Assembly (NCBI GenBank): GCA_963829155.1
Contig: CAWHIA010000012.1
Coordinates: forward strand, 140,357-204,356
Source: an uncultured Chloroflexia bacterium
GTDB lineage: Bacteria > Chloroflexota > Limnocylindria > Limnocylindrales > CSP1-4
Direction: 5' to 3'
DNA length: 64,000 nucleotides
Made by a program: the position numbers and the translations under genes. The notes below the pieces were generated by a model. That model had not been told where the DNA came from, did no database searches, and saw nothing but the letters and a program-made list of their open reading frames with translations. Positions 10,615-21,710 of this stretch are shown one piece after another (position 1 is the stretch's first letter; each line of letters begins with the position of its first letter).

Positions 10615-11208
10615 CTACGGGCGGTAGAAGTCGGTGACGACCCGGGTGCGGCCGTGGTCCCGCCAGATGCCCACGCCGGCGTACTTGAAGTGGGCGTTCT
10701 TGATGTTCTCCCAATGTCCGCCGCCGTAGCTCTTCTCGGCCTGCATCGAGCGATGGCTCTGCAGGACGGCGTCGTACACGCTGGCGTAGTTGTTGCAGCC
10801 GACGTTCTCGCCCCACCACGACGGGTGGTAGCCCGCCCTGCGCAGCCGAACGCCCGGGTCGCCGTGACCACACGCGTTCTCGTCGACGAGGTGGCGGGCC
10901 CACTTGCGGGCGACGTTCGCGATCCCCGCGCTCGCCTTCAGCGGCGCGACGTACTTGGAGTACCGGCCGGTGCCGTAGCCGTCGCAGTGGCCGTCCTTCT
11001 TGACCCAGCCGCCGGTCCGCGTGCAGTTGATGAGCTTCAGGTAGTAGGTCTCGACGCTCTCCCACCTGGCCTCGAGCGCCATCGTCGGTGCCGGTGACGC
11101 GGCCGACAGGGCGAAGCTGAAGATGGAGGCGAGCATGGCGGTGGCGATCACGACCGCGACTCGTGTCTGGAGTGACACCCGCTGGGTGCCGATTCGAACC
11201 TGTCCCAC
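10615..11208 (-). CDS. CAP (SCP/PR-1-like) domain secreted protein
   Basis: Signal peptide then CAP motifs (HRSMQAEKSYGGGHWENI, YAGVGIW). Confidence 0.75.
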   Translation of the reverse strand: MGQVRIGTQRVSLQTRVAVVIATAMLASIFSFALSAASPAPTMALEARWESVETYYLKLINCTRTGGWVKKDGHCDGYGTGRYSKYVAPLKASAGIANVARKWARHLVDENACGHGDPGVRLRRAGYHPSWWGENVGCNNYASVYDAVLQSHRSMQAEKSYGGGHWENIKNAHFKYAGVGIWRDHGRTRVVTDFYRP

Positions 11209-11556
11209 GATCGTTCCTCTCTACCAGGACGACGCGGGGACGACCCGCGTCGGCGATGTCGAGCCACCTGTCGGATGGCCGCGCGACCCCCGGGGTCGGT
11301 CAAGACCTTAGGACAGGTGGCTCGATCCTGCCCACCCGACGGAGGTACCGGGGCCCGGATAGCGCTCTCGCCGGGGCATCGTCGAATGTCGATGGCGGGC
11401 GGGACATTCGACCGACGACAGCCTCGACCTCGCCCGTCACCATGGCCGCTCGAGCGACCGCGGTCCCGACATCGACCGTCGGGCGAGCCGGCGCGGTTCC
11501 GATCGCGACGACGTCGCGCGGCCGCCGCTAGAAGCTCATCGCACGGGGGCATCGCC

Positions 11557-12069
11557 ATGCTCGACACGATCGACGACCGCCAGCGCCGCGCCGCCCTGGT
11601 CCGGCACATCCGCTACGAGGGCAACGACCGGGCCAAGGCGCACGAGGTCTACACGGAGGACGCGATCCTCGAGTTCCCGCAGTCGGGCGAACGGTTCGTC
11701 GGCCGGGACACGTTCCGTGCGTGGCGCGAGCAGTACCCGGCCAGCACCGAGTTCCGGATCCGGCGGCTCACGGGTCACGGCGCGTTCTGGTGCGCCGAGC
11801 TGCTCGTCTCCTATGACGGCGGGCCGCCGATGTTCGGCGTGGGCCTGTACGAGTTCCGGGGCCAGCACGTGGTCCGGGAGATCGTCTACGGGATGGAGCC
11901 CTGGAGCGCCCCCGCGTGGCGCGCTCCGTTCAACACGCCGTTCGACCCGCTGGCCTCCATCGCCCCGTCCGAGTTCCGCGAGGGCGAGCCGTTCGGGCTC
12001 GAGGCCGAGCGGCAGGCCGCTCGATCGAAGCCGCCGACGCAAGAAACGTCGGCATCGGTTCGCCTCTAG
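11557..12069 (+). CDS. nuclear transport factor 2 (SnoaL-like) family protein
   Basis: Start at ATG 11557 within longer artefactual ORF; NTF2-like fold sequence; C-terminal EPWSAPAWRAPF motif shared with paralog at 34620-35024. Confidence 0.65.
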   Translation: MLDTIDDRQRRAALVRHIRYEGNDRAKAHEVYTEDAILEFPQSGERFVGRDTFRAWREQYPASTEFRIRRLTGHGAFWCAELLVSYDGGPPMFGVGLYEFRGQHVVREIVYGMEPWSAPAWRAPFNTPFDPLASIAPSEFREGEPFGLEAERQAARSKPPTQETSASVRL

Positions 12070-12090
12070 TCCCCTGCGGGCCTCGCGGCG

Positions 12091-12357
12091 CTAGTCCTTC
12101 GGCTTCGCGTCCGGGTCAGCCGCGGATGCCTGGCTCGCGCGATAAGCCGCGAGGTCCTGCTTGGCCTTGCGGTCGAAGAACGGGATCAGGAACGGGAGCA
12201 TGCACAGGCCGCCGACGAGCAGCGGCACGAACAGCAGCGCAATGTCCTGGAGCGACGCCGGGAGCGTGACGAGCGACATGAGCCGCGCGCCGATCGCATA
12301 CCCAACCGCCCCGACCGGCAGCGCGAGGACCAGCAGGATGACCGGCAGGTGTCGCAT
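12091..12357 (-). CDS. small two-helix membrane protein (88 aa)
   Basis: Two hydrophobic helices, K/D-rich C-terminus; downstream of lipoprotein gene in same orientation. Confidence 0.5.
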   Translation of the reverse strand: MRHLPVILLVLALPVGAVGYAIGARLMSLVTLPASLQDIALLFVPLLVGGLCMLPFLIPFFDRKAKQDLAAYRASQASAADPDAKPKD

Positions 12358-12388
12358 CGGCCGATCCTACCCTCCCCGCGCTTGCGCC

Positions 12389-13378
12389 TCAGCGATCACA
12401 GGGCACGTTGCAGAACACTCGACGCAGCACGTCGCCGGTCAGTGCGTCGATATACAGGATCGCGAAGCTACGAGGCTCCCGGAACAGGTCAACCTCCCAG
12501 TACGGCACCTCGGGCAGGGCCTTGACACCGTGCGCGGCCGGCATTGGGAACAGATTCGCGTTCTCCCAGGTCTTCCGTGGGGCCACGGAGAGCCAGTCCG
12601 CGAACTTGGCATCCGCGATGGCCGAATCCAGGACCTCACCTGTTGACAAGGCCGGGCGCTCCCCTGGCTCGACGGTGATCGTCCCCTCGGTCGCGATCGT
12701 GTCGAAGCTGACGAGCCCGCTGCCCGCCCCGGTCGGGTCGATGTCGACATGTGCCGAGATCGGGAACGTTCCATCGGTGGCGGGCACGCCGCTGACGAGG
12801 TCGGCGCTCCACGTGAAGTCGTTCTCGTATGTTGCACGGGCGGGCAGCTTCGAGAAGCCGGCTTCCGGGGCGTCCGAGGTTTCGGCGTGGCACGGATCTG
12901 GGGTCGCGGATGAGAAGAGCGGCTCGCGGATCGACCACTCCATCGGGCTGCCCTGGCTGTGCTCGAGCGCATAGTCCTTGAACTGCCTTCGGACGCCGGC
13001 CCAGTCGCGACCGACGGGGTCGGACGGCACGGTGACCTGGACGCCCAACGCGCCGACCATGCACGGCTCGCCGAACACCAGCGGGACGTCGCGGTCGTTG
13101 TGGAGAGCGAGGTGCGCCCGCACCTCTTCGCCGGCGGTCACGGTCGTCCGGTCCAGCGCCACCTCCAGGCGGACGCCGTTGCTCGAGGCCGTTAGCACGG
13201 CTGCAGCCGGCGAACGCGACGCAGGTCCCGTGGACGCCGTGTCGGCCGGCGACGGTAGGGCCACGCCGACCGACGGCGCCGAGACCGCAGGCCCGCACCC
13301 GGCGGCGAGCGCCGCCAGCACGAGCGCGAACAGCACTGTGCCCGCGCCCCGACCGTCACCGGCCAACCCCTCGGCCAT
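12389..13378 (-). CDS. lipoprotein, function unknown
   Basis: ATG 13378 with GAGAGGGGA RBS; lipobox LAALAAGC; 330 aa non-repetitive. Confidence 0.7.
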   Translation of the reverse strand: MAEGLAGDGRGAGTVLFALVLAALAAGCGPAVSAPSVGVALPSPADTASTGPASRSPAAAVLTASSNGVRLEVALDRTTVTAGEEVRAHLALHNDRDVPLVFGEPCMVGALGVQVTVPSDPVGRDWAGVRRQFKDYALEHSQGSPMEWSIREPLFSSATPDPCHAETSDAPEAGFSKLPARATYENDFTWSADLVSGVPATDGTFPISAHVDIDPTGAGSGLVSFDTIATEGTITVEPGERPALSTGEVLDSAIADAKFADWLSVAPRKTWENANLFPMPAAHGVKALPEVPYWEVDLFREPRSFAILYIDALTGDVLRRVFCNVPCDR

Positions 13379-13401
13379 CCGCGTCCCCTCTCGTTGCGGG
13401 T

Positions 13402-15464
13402 CTACGACGGTCCCAGCATCAGCTCGAGGAAGGCGAGCACGTCGGAGCGCTCGTCGATGAGCTTGGAGACCGGCTTGCCCATCCCGTGGCCGGCATCGGT
13501 GTCGACCCGGATCAGGATCGGCGCGTCGCCCGCCTGCGCCGCCTGCAGCGCGGCCGCGAACTTGAACGAGTGCGCCGGCACGACCCGGTCGTCGTGGTCG
13601 CCGGTCGTGATCAGCGTCGGCGGGTACTCGACGCCCGCCTTGCAGTTGTGGAGCGGCGAGTAGCGCAGGAGCGTGCGGAACTCGACCGGGTCCTCGGGCG
13701 AGCCGTAGTCGCTGGTCCAGCCCCAGCCGATCGTGAACTGGTGGAAGCGCAGCATGTCCATCACCCCGACCTCGGCGATCGCCGCACCGAACAGCTCCGG
13801 GTGCTGGGTCAGGCTCGCGCCCACCAGCAGGCCGCCGTTGGAGCGCCCGCTGATCCCGATCCGGCCCTCGCGCGTCCAGCCGGACGACGCCAGCCATCGG
13901 GCGCAGGCCGCGAAGTCGTCGAACACGTTCTGCTTGTTCGCCAGCCGCCCGGCGTCGTGCCAGCGCTTCCCGTACTCGGAGCCGCCGCGCAGCGAGGCAA
14001 CCGCGAGCAGCCCGCCGCGTTCCATCCAGGCCAGCCACTCGGGCTTGAAGCCGGGGCCGGTCGCGATCTGGAAGCCGCCGTAGCCGTACAGCAGCGTCCT
14101 GACGTCGCCGGTCGGGACCGTGTCGCGCCGCCTCGAGAGGAACAGCGGCACCTGGGTGCCGTCGTCCGAGACGACGAACACCTGCTCGGTCACGAAGTCG
14201 TCCGGGTCCCAGGCCAGCGCGCGCCGGCCGACCTGGCGCACGGCGCCGTCGGCGACCGTCACCGCGAGGACCGTGCTCGGGGAGCGGAAGCTGACCACGC
14301 CGATGTAGAGATCGGGATCGTCCCGGCGCCCGGCGAGGTCGTTGACCATGCCGATGCCCGGCAGCTCGACGTCGACCGCGTGCCGCCCGTCGAGCTCGAA
14401 CAGGGCGAGCCGGTGGCTCGCGTGGTGGAGGAACAGGGCGGCGAGACGGCCACCGACGAGCGCCGCGTGCTCGAGGGCGTCCTCGCCCTCGGGGATGACC
14501 TCGCGGACCCGGCTCGGATCGTCGAGGTCGACGGCGATCACCCGATGGAGGGGCGCGTCGCGGTCCGTCAGGACGAGCAGCTCGCGGCCGACCGCGGCGA
14601 CGACCTCGTAGTGGGCGTCGGCGGCGTCGAGGAGCGGCCGGACGACGGCCCGGTCGACGCCGTTCGCGAGGTCGGCGACGTAGATCCGAGTCTCGGGATC
14701 GGTGCCGCGCTCGACGGTGAGGATCAGCAGCGCGCCGTCGTCCGAGACCTGGGGATCGAACAGCCACTCGGGCTCCTCGGGCGTCGCGAACACGACGACG
14801 TCGTCGGCGCCTCCGTCCCGATCCGGTGATAGCACAGGGCGAGGTCCCGGTTCGGCGCGTCGTAGGCGGCGTCCGCCGGCGGCTCCGGGTAGCGGCCGTA
14901 GAAGAAGCCGGCGTCGTCGTGGGTCCACGCGGCGCGCGTGAACTTGCTCCACGGGAGGCGATCGGGCAGCTGTTCGCCGGTCGAGGCCCGGCGGACGGTC
15001 CACGTGCGCCAGTCCGACCCGGCGTCGCTGATCGCGCACGCGACGAGCTCGCCGCTCTCGCTGACCTCGATCGCCGACAGCGTGGTCGTGCCCTGCGTGC
15101 TCAGCCGGTTCGGGTCGAGGAGCACGGTCCCCTCCCCGTCCGGCGCGTCGGCCGTCCACAGCACGTCCTGGTCCTGGAGGCCGGTGTTGCGCAGCTGGAA
15201 CCAGCGGTCCCCGCGTCGCCAGGGCGCGCCCGCTCGCGGGAAGTCCCACAGCGTGGCCAGCCGCTCGCGGATCTCCGCCCGCGCCGCGAACGCGCCGAGG
15301 ATGCCCTCGGTCAGCCGGTTCTCCGCCTCGATCCAGGCCCGGGACGCCGGCGCGTCGCTGTCCTCGAGCGGCCGGTACGGGTCCGCGATCCGCGTGCCGT
15401 GGTAGTCGTCGACCTGGTCGGCGGTCGGGGGCTCCGGGTAGGTCAGCCTGGCCATCCGCGTCAT
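13402..15464 (-). pseudogene. prolyl oligopeptidase (S9A) with one frameshift near 14800
   Basis: N-terminal beta-propeller part in frame of ORF 14724-15464 (HRIGTEAP...), C-terminal catalytic part (GRSNGGLL, GDHDDRV) in frame of 13402-16473 ORF; junction ccgacgacgtc consistent with 1-nt deletion. Confidence 0.8.
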
Positions 15465-15494
15465 CGTACGGGCTCCGGCCAGGCGCGGCCGGCG

Positions 15495-16473
15495 TCAGAC
15501 CGTGATGACGACCTTGCCCATCGACCGTCGTTCGTCCACGTACCGCAGGGCGTCGACGACCTCGGCGAGCGGGTAGCGCCGGTCGATGGCCGGCTTGACC
15601 TTGCCCGCCGCGAACAGGTCCTGGAGCGTCGCGACGTCGTCGGGGTCGAACGGCTTCCAGGCAAGCAGCAGGCCCATGCGCCGGCTGCCGGCCAGCGTGA
15701 TCAGCGGCCCGAGCACGAGCGCGCCGACGATCGCCAGCGCCGGATCCGCCGAGGGTCACGTAGACGCCCCTGGGCCGGAGCGCGCGCCGGTTGCGCAGGA
15801 TCGAGTGGTGGGAATCGGTGTCGAGGATCCAGTCCCAGCGCTCGCCGATCGCCGTGTAGTCGACGGCCGAGTAGTCGATCACGTGGTCGGCACCGAGCGA
15901 CCGCACGAAGTCGAGCTTGCCGGTGCTGCACACGCCGGTGACCTCGGCGCCGCGGCTCTTGGCGATCTGGACCGCGAACGGGCCGACGTTGCCCGACGCG
16001 CCGACGATCAGCACCTTGTCGCCGGGCCCGACGGTGCGGCCGCCCGTGCGCAGCCCCTGCAGCGCGAGGATCGCCGAGTGCGGGAAGGTCGCGGCCACCT
16101 CGAACGTCATCCCACCCCCGATCGGCGCGAGCGCGCGCTCGCTGACGCAGACGTACTCCGCGAACGACCCCTGCCCGTGCACGAACAGGTCGCCGAACAC
16201 GTCGTCGCCCGGCCGGAGGCGGGTCGCGCCGGGGCCGACCTGCTCGACCACCCCCGCGACGTCCGCGCCGAGGCGGTGGTTTCGCGGCCGGCGGAGGCCC
16301 AGGAACAACCGGGTGAACCCCGGCTTGGGATACAGCACGTCGAGGTCGGCCCGGTTGACGGACGCGGCACGTACCCGTACCAGGACCTGATCCTCGATGG
16401 GGATGGGTCGCTCGATGTCGCGCAGCTCGACGACGTCGGACGAGCCGTAACGGTCGCGGAGGGCGGCAAGCAC
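15495..16473 (-). pseudogene. NADPH:quinone oxidoreductase / zinc-binding MDR family dehydrogenase with one frameshift near 15745
   Basis: N-terminal 250 aa in frame of 13402-16473 ORF, C-terminal 73 aa (LITLAGSRRMGLLLAWKPF...KVVITV) in ORF 15495-15716; TGA in second frame at junction. Confidence 0.75.
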
Positions 16474-16630
16474 GGGACAAGCCTACCGGCTGTTTGCGCT
16501 TGGTCGCCGACTACGTCGGCGCGCCGGGCGTCGCGTGGCTCGACGCCGGGCATACCATCCGTCGGGTCCGTCGCCGGCCGCTGGCTCGGCGGCCCGTCAG
16601 CAGCGAGCCGAGCGCCCGGAGGCCCGAGGG

Positions 16631-16840
16631 TTGAGCAACAAGCACCACACCGAGAGCAGTCACACGCACGACCAGAAGCGCAAGGCCCACGACCGCAAGA
16701 TGCGCGAGTACGAGGAGCACACGGACGCGTCCAACCCGTGGCACCAGTCGAAGAACGCGCGCATCGGCATGGCCGTGGTCGCGGTCGTCGCGGTCGTGTC
16801 GATCACGCTGCTGTTCATCTCCGGGGTGATCCGCTGGTAG
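16631..16840 (+). CDS. small C-terminally membrane-anchored hypothetical protein (about 69 aa)
   Basis: TTG 16631 with GGAGG 10 nt upstream; basic N-half, hydrophobic tail MAVVAVVAVVSITLLFISGVIRW. Confidence 0.45.
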   Translation: MSNKHHTESSHTHDQKRKAHDRKMREYEEHTDASNPWHQSKNARIGMAVVAVVAVVSITLLFISGVIRW

Positions 16841-17032
16841 CCGGAAGCGGCTAAGGGGCGAACGAGAACGCCGGGAACGAGAAGATCGGACCCAGCGACG
16901 TAGCCGGCGATGGCGACGTCGACGCCGGCGAGCCGTTCGCTCGCTGGCGGTGGCCGGAATACGTTCATCCAGACCCCGATCCCGATGGCGATCAGCAGGT
17001 CGGCCGCCGCGACGATCGTCAGCAGCCGCACG

Positions 17033-17941
17033 TCAGCCGCTCGCGAGCCCGAGCAGTCCCGCGACGCGCTCCAGCTGCTCCGTGCCCTCGGCGACGGTGC
17101 CGGCGAACAGCACCTGGTCGGCGCCGGCCAGCTCGTACGCCTTGATCCCGTCGAGCAGCTGGGCATCGGACCCGAACAGCACGCCCCCGCGCACGGCCGC
17201 GTCCTCCTCGCGCCCGAAGCGCTCGTCGCGCTGGCGCTCGTCCCTGACCAGCCCGAGGTGCGCGGAACGCCGGATGGTGCCGGGGTCGCGACCGACCTGC
17301 GCGGCCTCGCGCTCGAGCACGCCGACCTTGCGGGCGAAGTCCTCGGCGGTCGGGCCGAGCGGCGCGTCCCAGCCATCGGCGACGCGCGCGGCCAGCGGGA
17401 TGACCCGCTTCTCGCCGAGGCCGCCGACCCACACCGGGACGTGCTCCTGGACCGGCCGCATGCCCACCGAGGCGTCGTGGAGCTGGAAGTGGCGCCCTTC
17501 GAAGCTGAATCGCTCGTTGTGCAACAGGCCCGCGAGGCATTCGACGCCCTCGGCCAGGATGTCCATGCGCTCGCGGAGCTCGGGGAACGGCAGGCCGTAG
17601 GAGTCGTACTCGGGCTTGGCCCAGCCCGCGCCCAGCGACGCCTCGGCGCGACCACCCGACAGCTGGTCGATGGTCGCGATGGCGTTCGCGAGGACCGCCG
17701 GCCGCCGATAGCCTACGGAGTAGACGAGCACCCCAATGCGCACGCGCGACGTCACCATGGCGAGTGCTGAGTGGCTGGCGACGGAGTCGTACGAGCCCGC
17801 GCCTTCGCTGCCGCTGATCGGGTAGAAGTGGTCCCACACGGAGATCCAGCCGAACCCGAGCGACTCGACCGTGCGCCAGAAGTCGAGCACGTCCTCGATC
17901 GAGGAGCCCTCGGTCCCCGCGTGCACCCCGTATCGCGTCAT
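17033..17941 (-). CDS. LLM class F420-dependent oxidoreductase
   Basis: Start MTRYGVHAG; luciferase-like TIM barrel motifs (FGWISVWDHF, LGAGW). Confidence 0.8.
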   Translation of the reverse strand: MTRYGVHAGTEGSSIEDVLDFWRTVESLGFGWISVWDHFYPISGSEGAGSYDSVASHSALAMVTSRVRIGVLVYSVGYRRPAVLANAIATIDQLSGGRAEASLGAGWAKPEYDSYGLPFPELRERMDILAEGVECLAGLLHNERFSFEGRHFQLHDASVGMRPVQEHVPVWVGGLGEKRVIPLAARVADGWDAPLGPTAEDFARKVGVLEREAAQVGRDPGTIRRSAHLGLVRDERQRDERFGREEDAAVRGGVLFGSDAQLLDGIKAYELAGADQVLFAGTVAEGTEQLERVAGLLGLASG

Positions 17942-18004
17942 GTCGCCTCCCGTCCGTCGGTCGCCGGACCGCAAGCGTAGGATGCCCGCACGGGAGGGTG
18001 GCTG

Positions 18005-18442
18005 ATGGTCGACGACGCACCCGACGTCCGGCTGAGCTCCGAGCCAGGGGCCTCACGCGAGGACATCGACGGGATCGTGGACAGGATCGACGCCTGGAAC
18101 ATGGCCGTCACCGGCGTCGAGGAGTTCCACCAGGTCGCGATCTTCCTGAGAGACCGAACCGGCGTGATCCGCGGCGGCGTCACCGGTGGCGTGTGGGGCG
18201 GCTGGCTCCACGTCATCGGGCTGTGGGTCGACGAGCCGCTGCGTGGCCGCGGGCTCGGGATCCAGCTCATCCACGCGGCGGAGGGCGAGGCGCGCGCCGC
18301 CGGCGCCCACGGTGCCTTCCTGGAGACGCATTGGTTCCAGGCGCCGGCGTTCTACCGCAAGCTCGGCTACGAGACGATCGCGGAGATCGAGGACTACCCG
18401 CCCGGCGGCTCGCAGCTGGTCATGCGCAAGTCGCTGCGCTGA
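18005..18442 (+). CDS. GNAT family N-acetyltransferase
   Basis: RGRGLGIQLIHAAE acetyl-CoA binding motif. Confidence 0.8.
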   Translation: MVDDAPDVRLSSEPGASREDIDGIVDRIDAWNMAVTGVEEFHQVAIFLRDRTGVIRGGVTGGVWGGWLHVIGLWVDEPLRGRGLGIQLIHAAEGEARAAGAHGAFLETHWFQAPAFYRKLGYETIAEIEDYPPGGSQLVMRKSLR

Positions 18443-18567
18443 CCCGCGACTCGACCCGATATGTCGGCTTCATCGTTGCAGGGAACTGTTTTCGGCCCAA
18501 CAGAACCTTTTGCCTCGTCGCCCGGCCGCTGGAACCCAGGTCACAGACATTGGCGGCGCGACGACCG

Positions 18568-20018
18568 ATGCTGCGGGCCGTGACCACATCGGGCGTCGAT
18601 GTCGTGCTGCCTGCGATCGGGCATCCCGGGCGCCCGGCGACCGGCCTCGCGGCCGATCCCGACTGGGACGGGGACGCCGTCGAGGCGCTGCGGGCGCGCG
18701 AGTACGCGAGGCTCGACGAGCTCGACCAGGTCTACCTCGACTACACAGGCGGCTCCCTGTACGCGGAATCGCAACTCCGCGAGCATGCGGACATGCTCCG
18801 CGCCGGCGTCTTCGGCAATCCCGCACTCGACCAGCCCGGCGAGCGACACCTCCACGCGCCTCGCGGAGTCGGCGCGCCACGCCATCCTCCGGTTCCTGCA
18901 CGCCTCGCCCGACGAGTACGACGTCGTGTTCACGGCCAACGCCAGCGCGGCGCTTGCGCCTGGTCGGCGAGGCCTACCCGTTCCGTGAGGGCAGCCGCCT
19001 GCTCCTGACCGCCGACAACCACAACTCGGTCAACGGAATCCGCGAGTTCGCGCGGGCCGCGGGCGGCGAACCGACCTACCTGCCGCTGACCACCCCGGCG
19101 CTGCGCGTCGACGGCGAGTCCGTCGTGCGCGAGCTCGATCGCCTGCCCGCGGGTGCGCCGAGCCTGTTCGCCTACCCGGCGCAGTCGAACTACTCGGGCG
19201 TGCGCCATCCCCTGGCGTGGATCGACGACGCACAGCGGCGGGGCTGGGATGTGCTGCTCGACGCCGCGGCCCTCGTCTCGGCGACGCCCCTCGACCTGTC
19301 CCGCTGGCACCCGGACTTCGTCAGCGTCTCCTGGTACAAGGTTTTCGGCTATCCCACGGGCCTCGGGTCCCTGGTCGTGCGCCGGGATGCGATGGCCCGG
19401 CTGTGCCGGCCGTGGTTCGCGGGCGGCACCATCGGGGTGGCCTCGGTGGTCCTGCCGCGGAACACGTGGGCGGAGGGCCACATCGGGTTCGAGGACGGCA
19501 CGATCGACTACCTCGGGCTGCCGGGAATCGAGATCGGGCTCCGCCACGTCGAGTCGATCGGGCTCGACACGATCCACCGGCGGGTGCAGGCCCTGACCAG
19601 GCGGCTCCTCGCCGAGCTGTCGGCGCTGCGCCACCCGGACGGGTCGCCGGCGATCCGCCGCTACGGGCCGCCGGACGACGCCGACCGCGGCGGCACGATC
19701 CCGTTCAACGTGCTGGACCGGCGCGGCCAGGTGGTCGGATTCTGGGAGGTCGAGGCGGCCGCCGACGAACATCGGATCTCGATCCGGACCGGGTGCTTCT
19801 GCAACCCGGGCGCGAGCGAGACCGCCCGCGGGATCACGGCCTCCGACATGGCCCGCGTGTTCGCGCTCGGACACCCGCCGTCGATCGACGAGCTTCGGGC
19901 GCTGCTGCCGGGCAAGGCATTGGGCGCCGTCCGGGTCTCCGTCGGCATCGCGACCAACGAGCGCGACGTGGATCGGTTCGTCGACTTCCTGCGGGCGTTC
20001 GTGGCCGAGCGGGCTTGA
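18568..20018 (+). pseudogene. aminotransferase class V-fold PLP enzyme (MOSC/selenocysteine-lyase-like) with two frameshifts near 18850 and 18955
   Basis: Protein passes through three frames within 150 nt: ...AGVFGNP / HSTSPASDTSTRLAESARHAILRFLHASPDEYDVVFTANASAAL / RLVGEAYPFREGSRLLLTADNHNSVNG...; remainder (484 aa) in ORF 18186-20018 frame. Confidence 0.75.
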
Positions 20019-20040
20019 GCGTCGCGCCGCCCGCGCTCCC

Positions 20041-20424
20041 CTACCCGGCCGTGACGAGGACCGTGTTGCCGTCCGGGTCGTCGACCAGCGCCATCCAGGC
20101 GTCGAAGTCCGTCCGGAACGGCGCCCGCCGGCTTCGATAGCCCGCCGCGACCAGCTCGTCGTACGTCGCGTTCACCGCCTCGTCGCCGTCGACGAAGAAC
20201 TCCAGGAACGTGCGCGCCCCGCCGCTCGGCTCCCGACGATCGGGGTCGTTGCGGACGAACGTCGTGGTCAGCACGAGGTTGTGGCCCCCGCCGAGGTCCA
20301 CGACGACGTCCTTCCGCTGGTCGACGTCGTCCGGAAAGACGACGCCCAGGCGTCGGTAGAACGCGACCGATCGCGCGAGGTCCTCGATCAGCAGGACGAC
20401 CATGGTGAACCGCGGCGTGCTCAT
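20041..20424 (-). CDS. VOC family (glyoxalase/bleomycin resistance) protein
   Basis: 127 aa, typical VOC paired beta-alpha-beta-beta-beta modules. Confidence 0.75.
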   Translation of the reverse strand: MSTPRFTMVVLLIEDLARSVAFYRRLGVVFPDDVDQRKDVVVDLGGGHNLVLTTTFVRNDPDRREPSGGARTFLEFFVDGDEAVNATYDELVAAGYRSRRAPFRTDFDAWMALVDDPDGNTVLVTAG

Positions 20425-20519
20425 GCCGCCACGCTACACGCCGGCGCTCGCCCGGGTGCCCGTCGCCGACTCGCGCTAGATAGTTGACTGCGCAACTATC
20501 AGTCCGGTACGATGCCGCC

Positions 20520-21710
20520 ATGCAGTTCGGAATCTTCAGCGTCGGCGACGTGACCGTCGACCCGCTCACCGGTCACGCGATCAGCGAGCACGAGCGGATC
20601 CAGCAGATGGCGACGCTCGCCCTGACCGCGGAGCAGCTCGGGCTCGACGTGTTCGCCACCGGCGAGCATCACAACCCGCCGTTCGTCCCCTCGTCCCCCA
20701 CCACGTTCATGGGCTACGTGGCGGCGAAGACGAGCCGGATCATCCTGTCGACCGCCACGACGCTGATCACCACCAACGACCCGGTGAAGATCGCGGAGGA
20801 CTACGCCTACCTCCAGCATCTCGCGGGCGGCCGCGTGGACCTGATGATGGGCCGCGGGAACACCGGCCCGGTCTACCCGTGGTTCGGCCAGGACATCCGC
20901 AACGGCATCCCGCTCGCGATCGAGCACTACGCGCTGCTCCACCGCCTGTGGCGCGAGGACGTGGTCGACTGGCAGGGCCGGTTCCGGACGCCGCTGACCG
21001 GCTTCACCAGCGTCCCGCGCCCGCTCGACGGCATCCCGCCGTTCGTGTGGCACGGCTCGATCCGCAGCCCCGAGATCGCGGAGCAGGCCGCCTACTACGG
21101 CGACGGCTTCTTCCACAACAACATCTTCTGGCCGGCCGATCACGTGCGGCGGATGGTCGACCTCTACCGGCGGCGGTTCGAGCACTACGGCCACGGGCCG
21201 GCCGACCAGGCGATCGTCGGGCTCGGCGGGCAGGTGTTCATGCGCGCCGACTCGCAGGCGGCGATCCGGGAGTACCGGCCCTACTTCGACCACGCGCCGG
21301 TGTACGGCGGCGGGCCGTCGCTCGAGGACTACATGGCCCAGACCCCGCTGACGGTCGGCAGCCCGCAGCAGGTCATCGACCGCACGATGGGCTTCCGCGA
21401 GATCGTCGGCGACTACCAGCGGCAGCTGTTCCTCGTCGACCATGCCGGCCTGCCGCCGACCGTGGCCCTGGAGCAGCTCGAGATGCTCGGCACGCTCGTG
21501 GTGCCCGGTCCTGCGCCGCGAGTTCGCCGCCCTCAAGCCCGCGCACGTGCCCGAGGCGCCCGACCCACGAAAGCCTCAAGGCCGCCCGCGACGCCGCGAC
21601 CGACGACGCCGCGACGGCCGACGCCGGGGCGCCCGCTGAGCGCTCCGCGGCCGCGGGCGCGGCCGCCGTTGTGCCCGACGCCGACGACGGTGCCCGTCAA
21701 CGTCGCATGA
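20520..21710 (+). pseudogene. LLM class flavin-dependent oxidoreductase (CE1758-like) with at least two +1 frameshifts near 21507 and 21561
   Basis: MQFGIFSVG start; C-terminal LVVPVLRREFAALKPAHVPEAP and THESLKAARDAA segments lie in the two other frames; apparent extra g in cccggtc and cccgaccc; frame-0 TGA overlaps downstream ATG (ATGA). Confidence 0.7.

Noticed and set aside
11180-11200. GGTTCGAATC (tRNA T-loop-like motif) on the minus strand
   Set aside because: Lies inside the CAP-domain CDS (codes GQVRIG) with no flanking acceptor or T-stem complementarity. No tRNA, rRNA or CRISPR signals found anywhere in the window.
12389-14767. 792-aa ORF
   Set aside because: Only the C-terminal 330 aa (from ATG 13378 with RBS and lipobox) are protein-like. 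Upstream part is Arg/Pro-rich antisense of the POP gene.
13402-16473. 1023-aa single ORF
   Set aside because: Chimeric read-through joining the MDR dehydrogenase, an out-of-frame stretch and the prolyl oligopeptidase C-terminus. Resolved into two frameshifted genes.
18186-18567. N-terminal 127 codons of the 610-aa ORF overlapping the GNAT gene
   Set aside because: Out-of-frame read through the GNAT gene. The true start of the PLP-enzyme gene is ATG 18568 in another frame.
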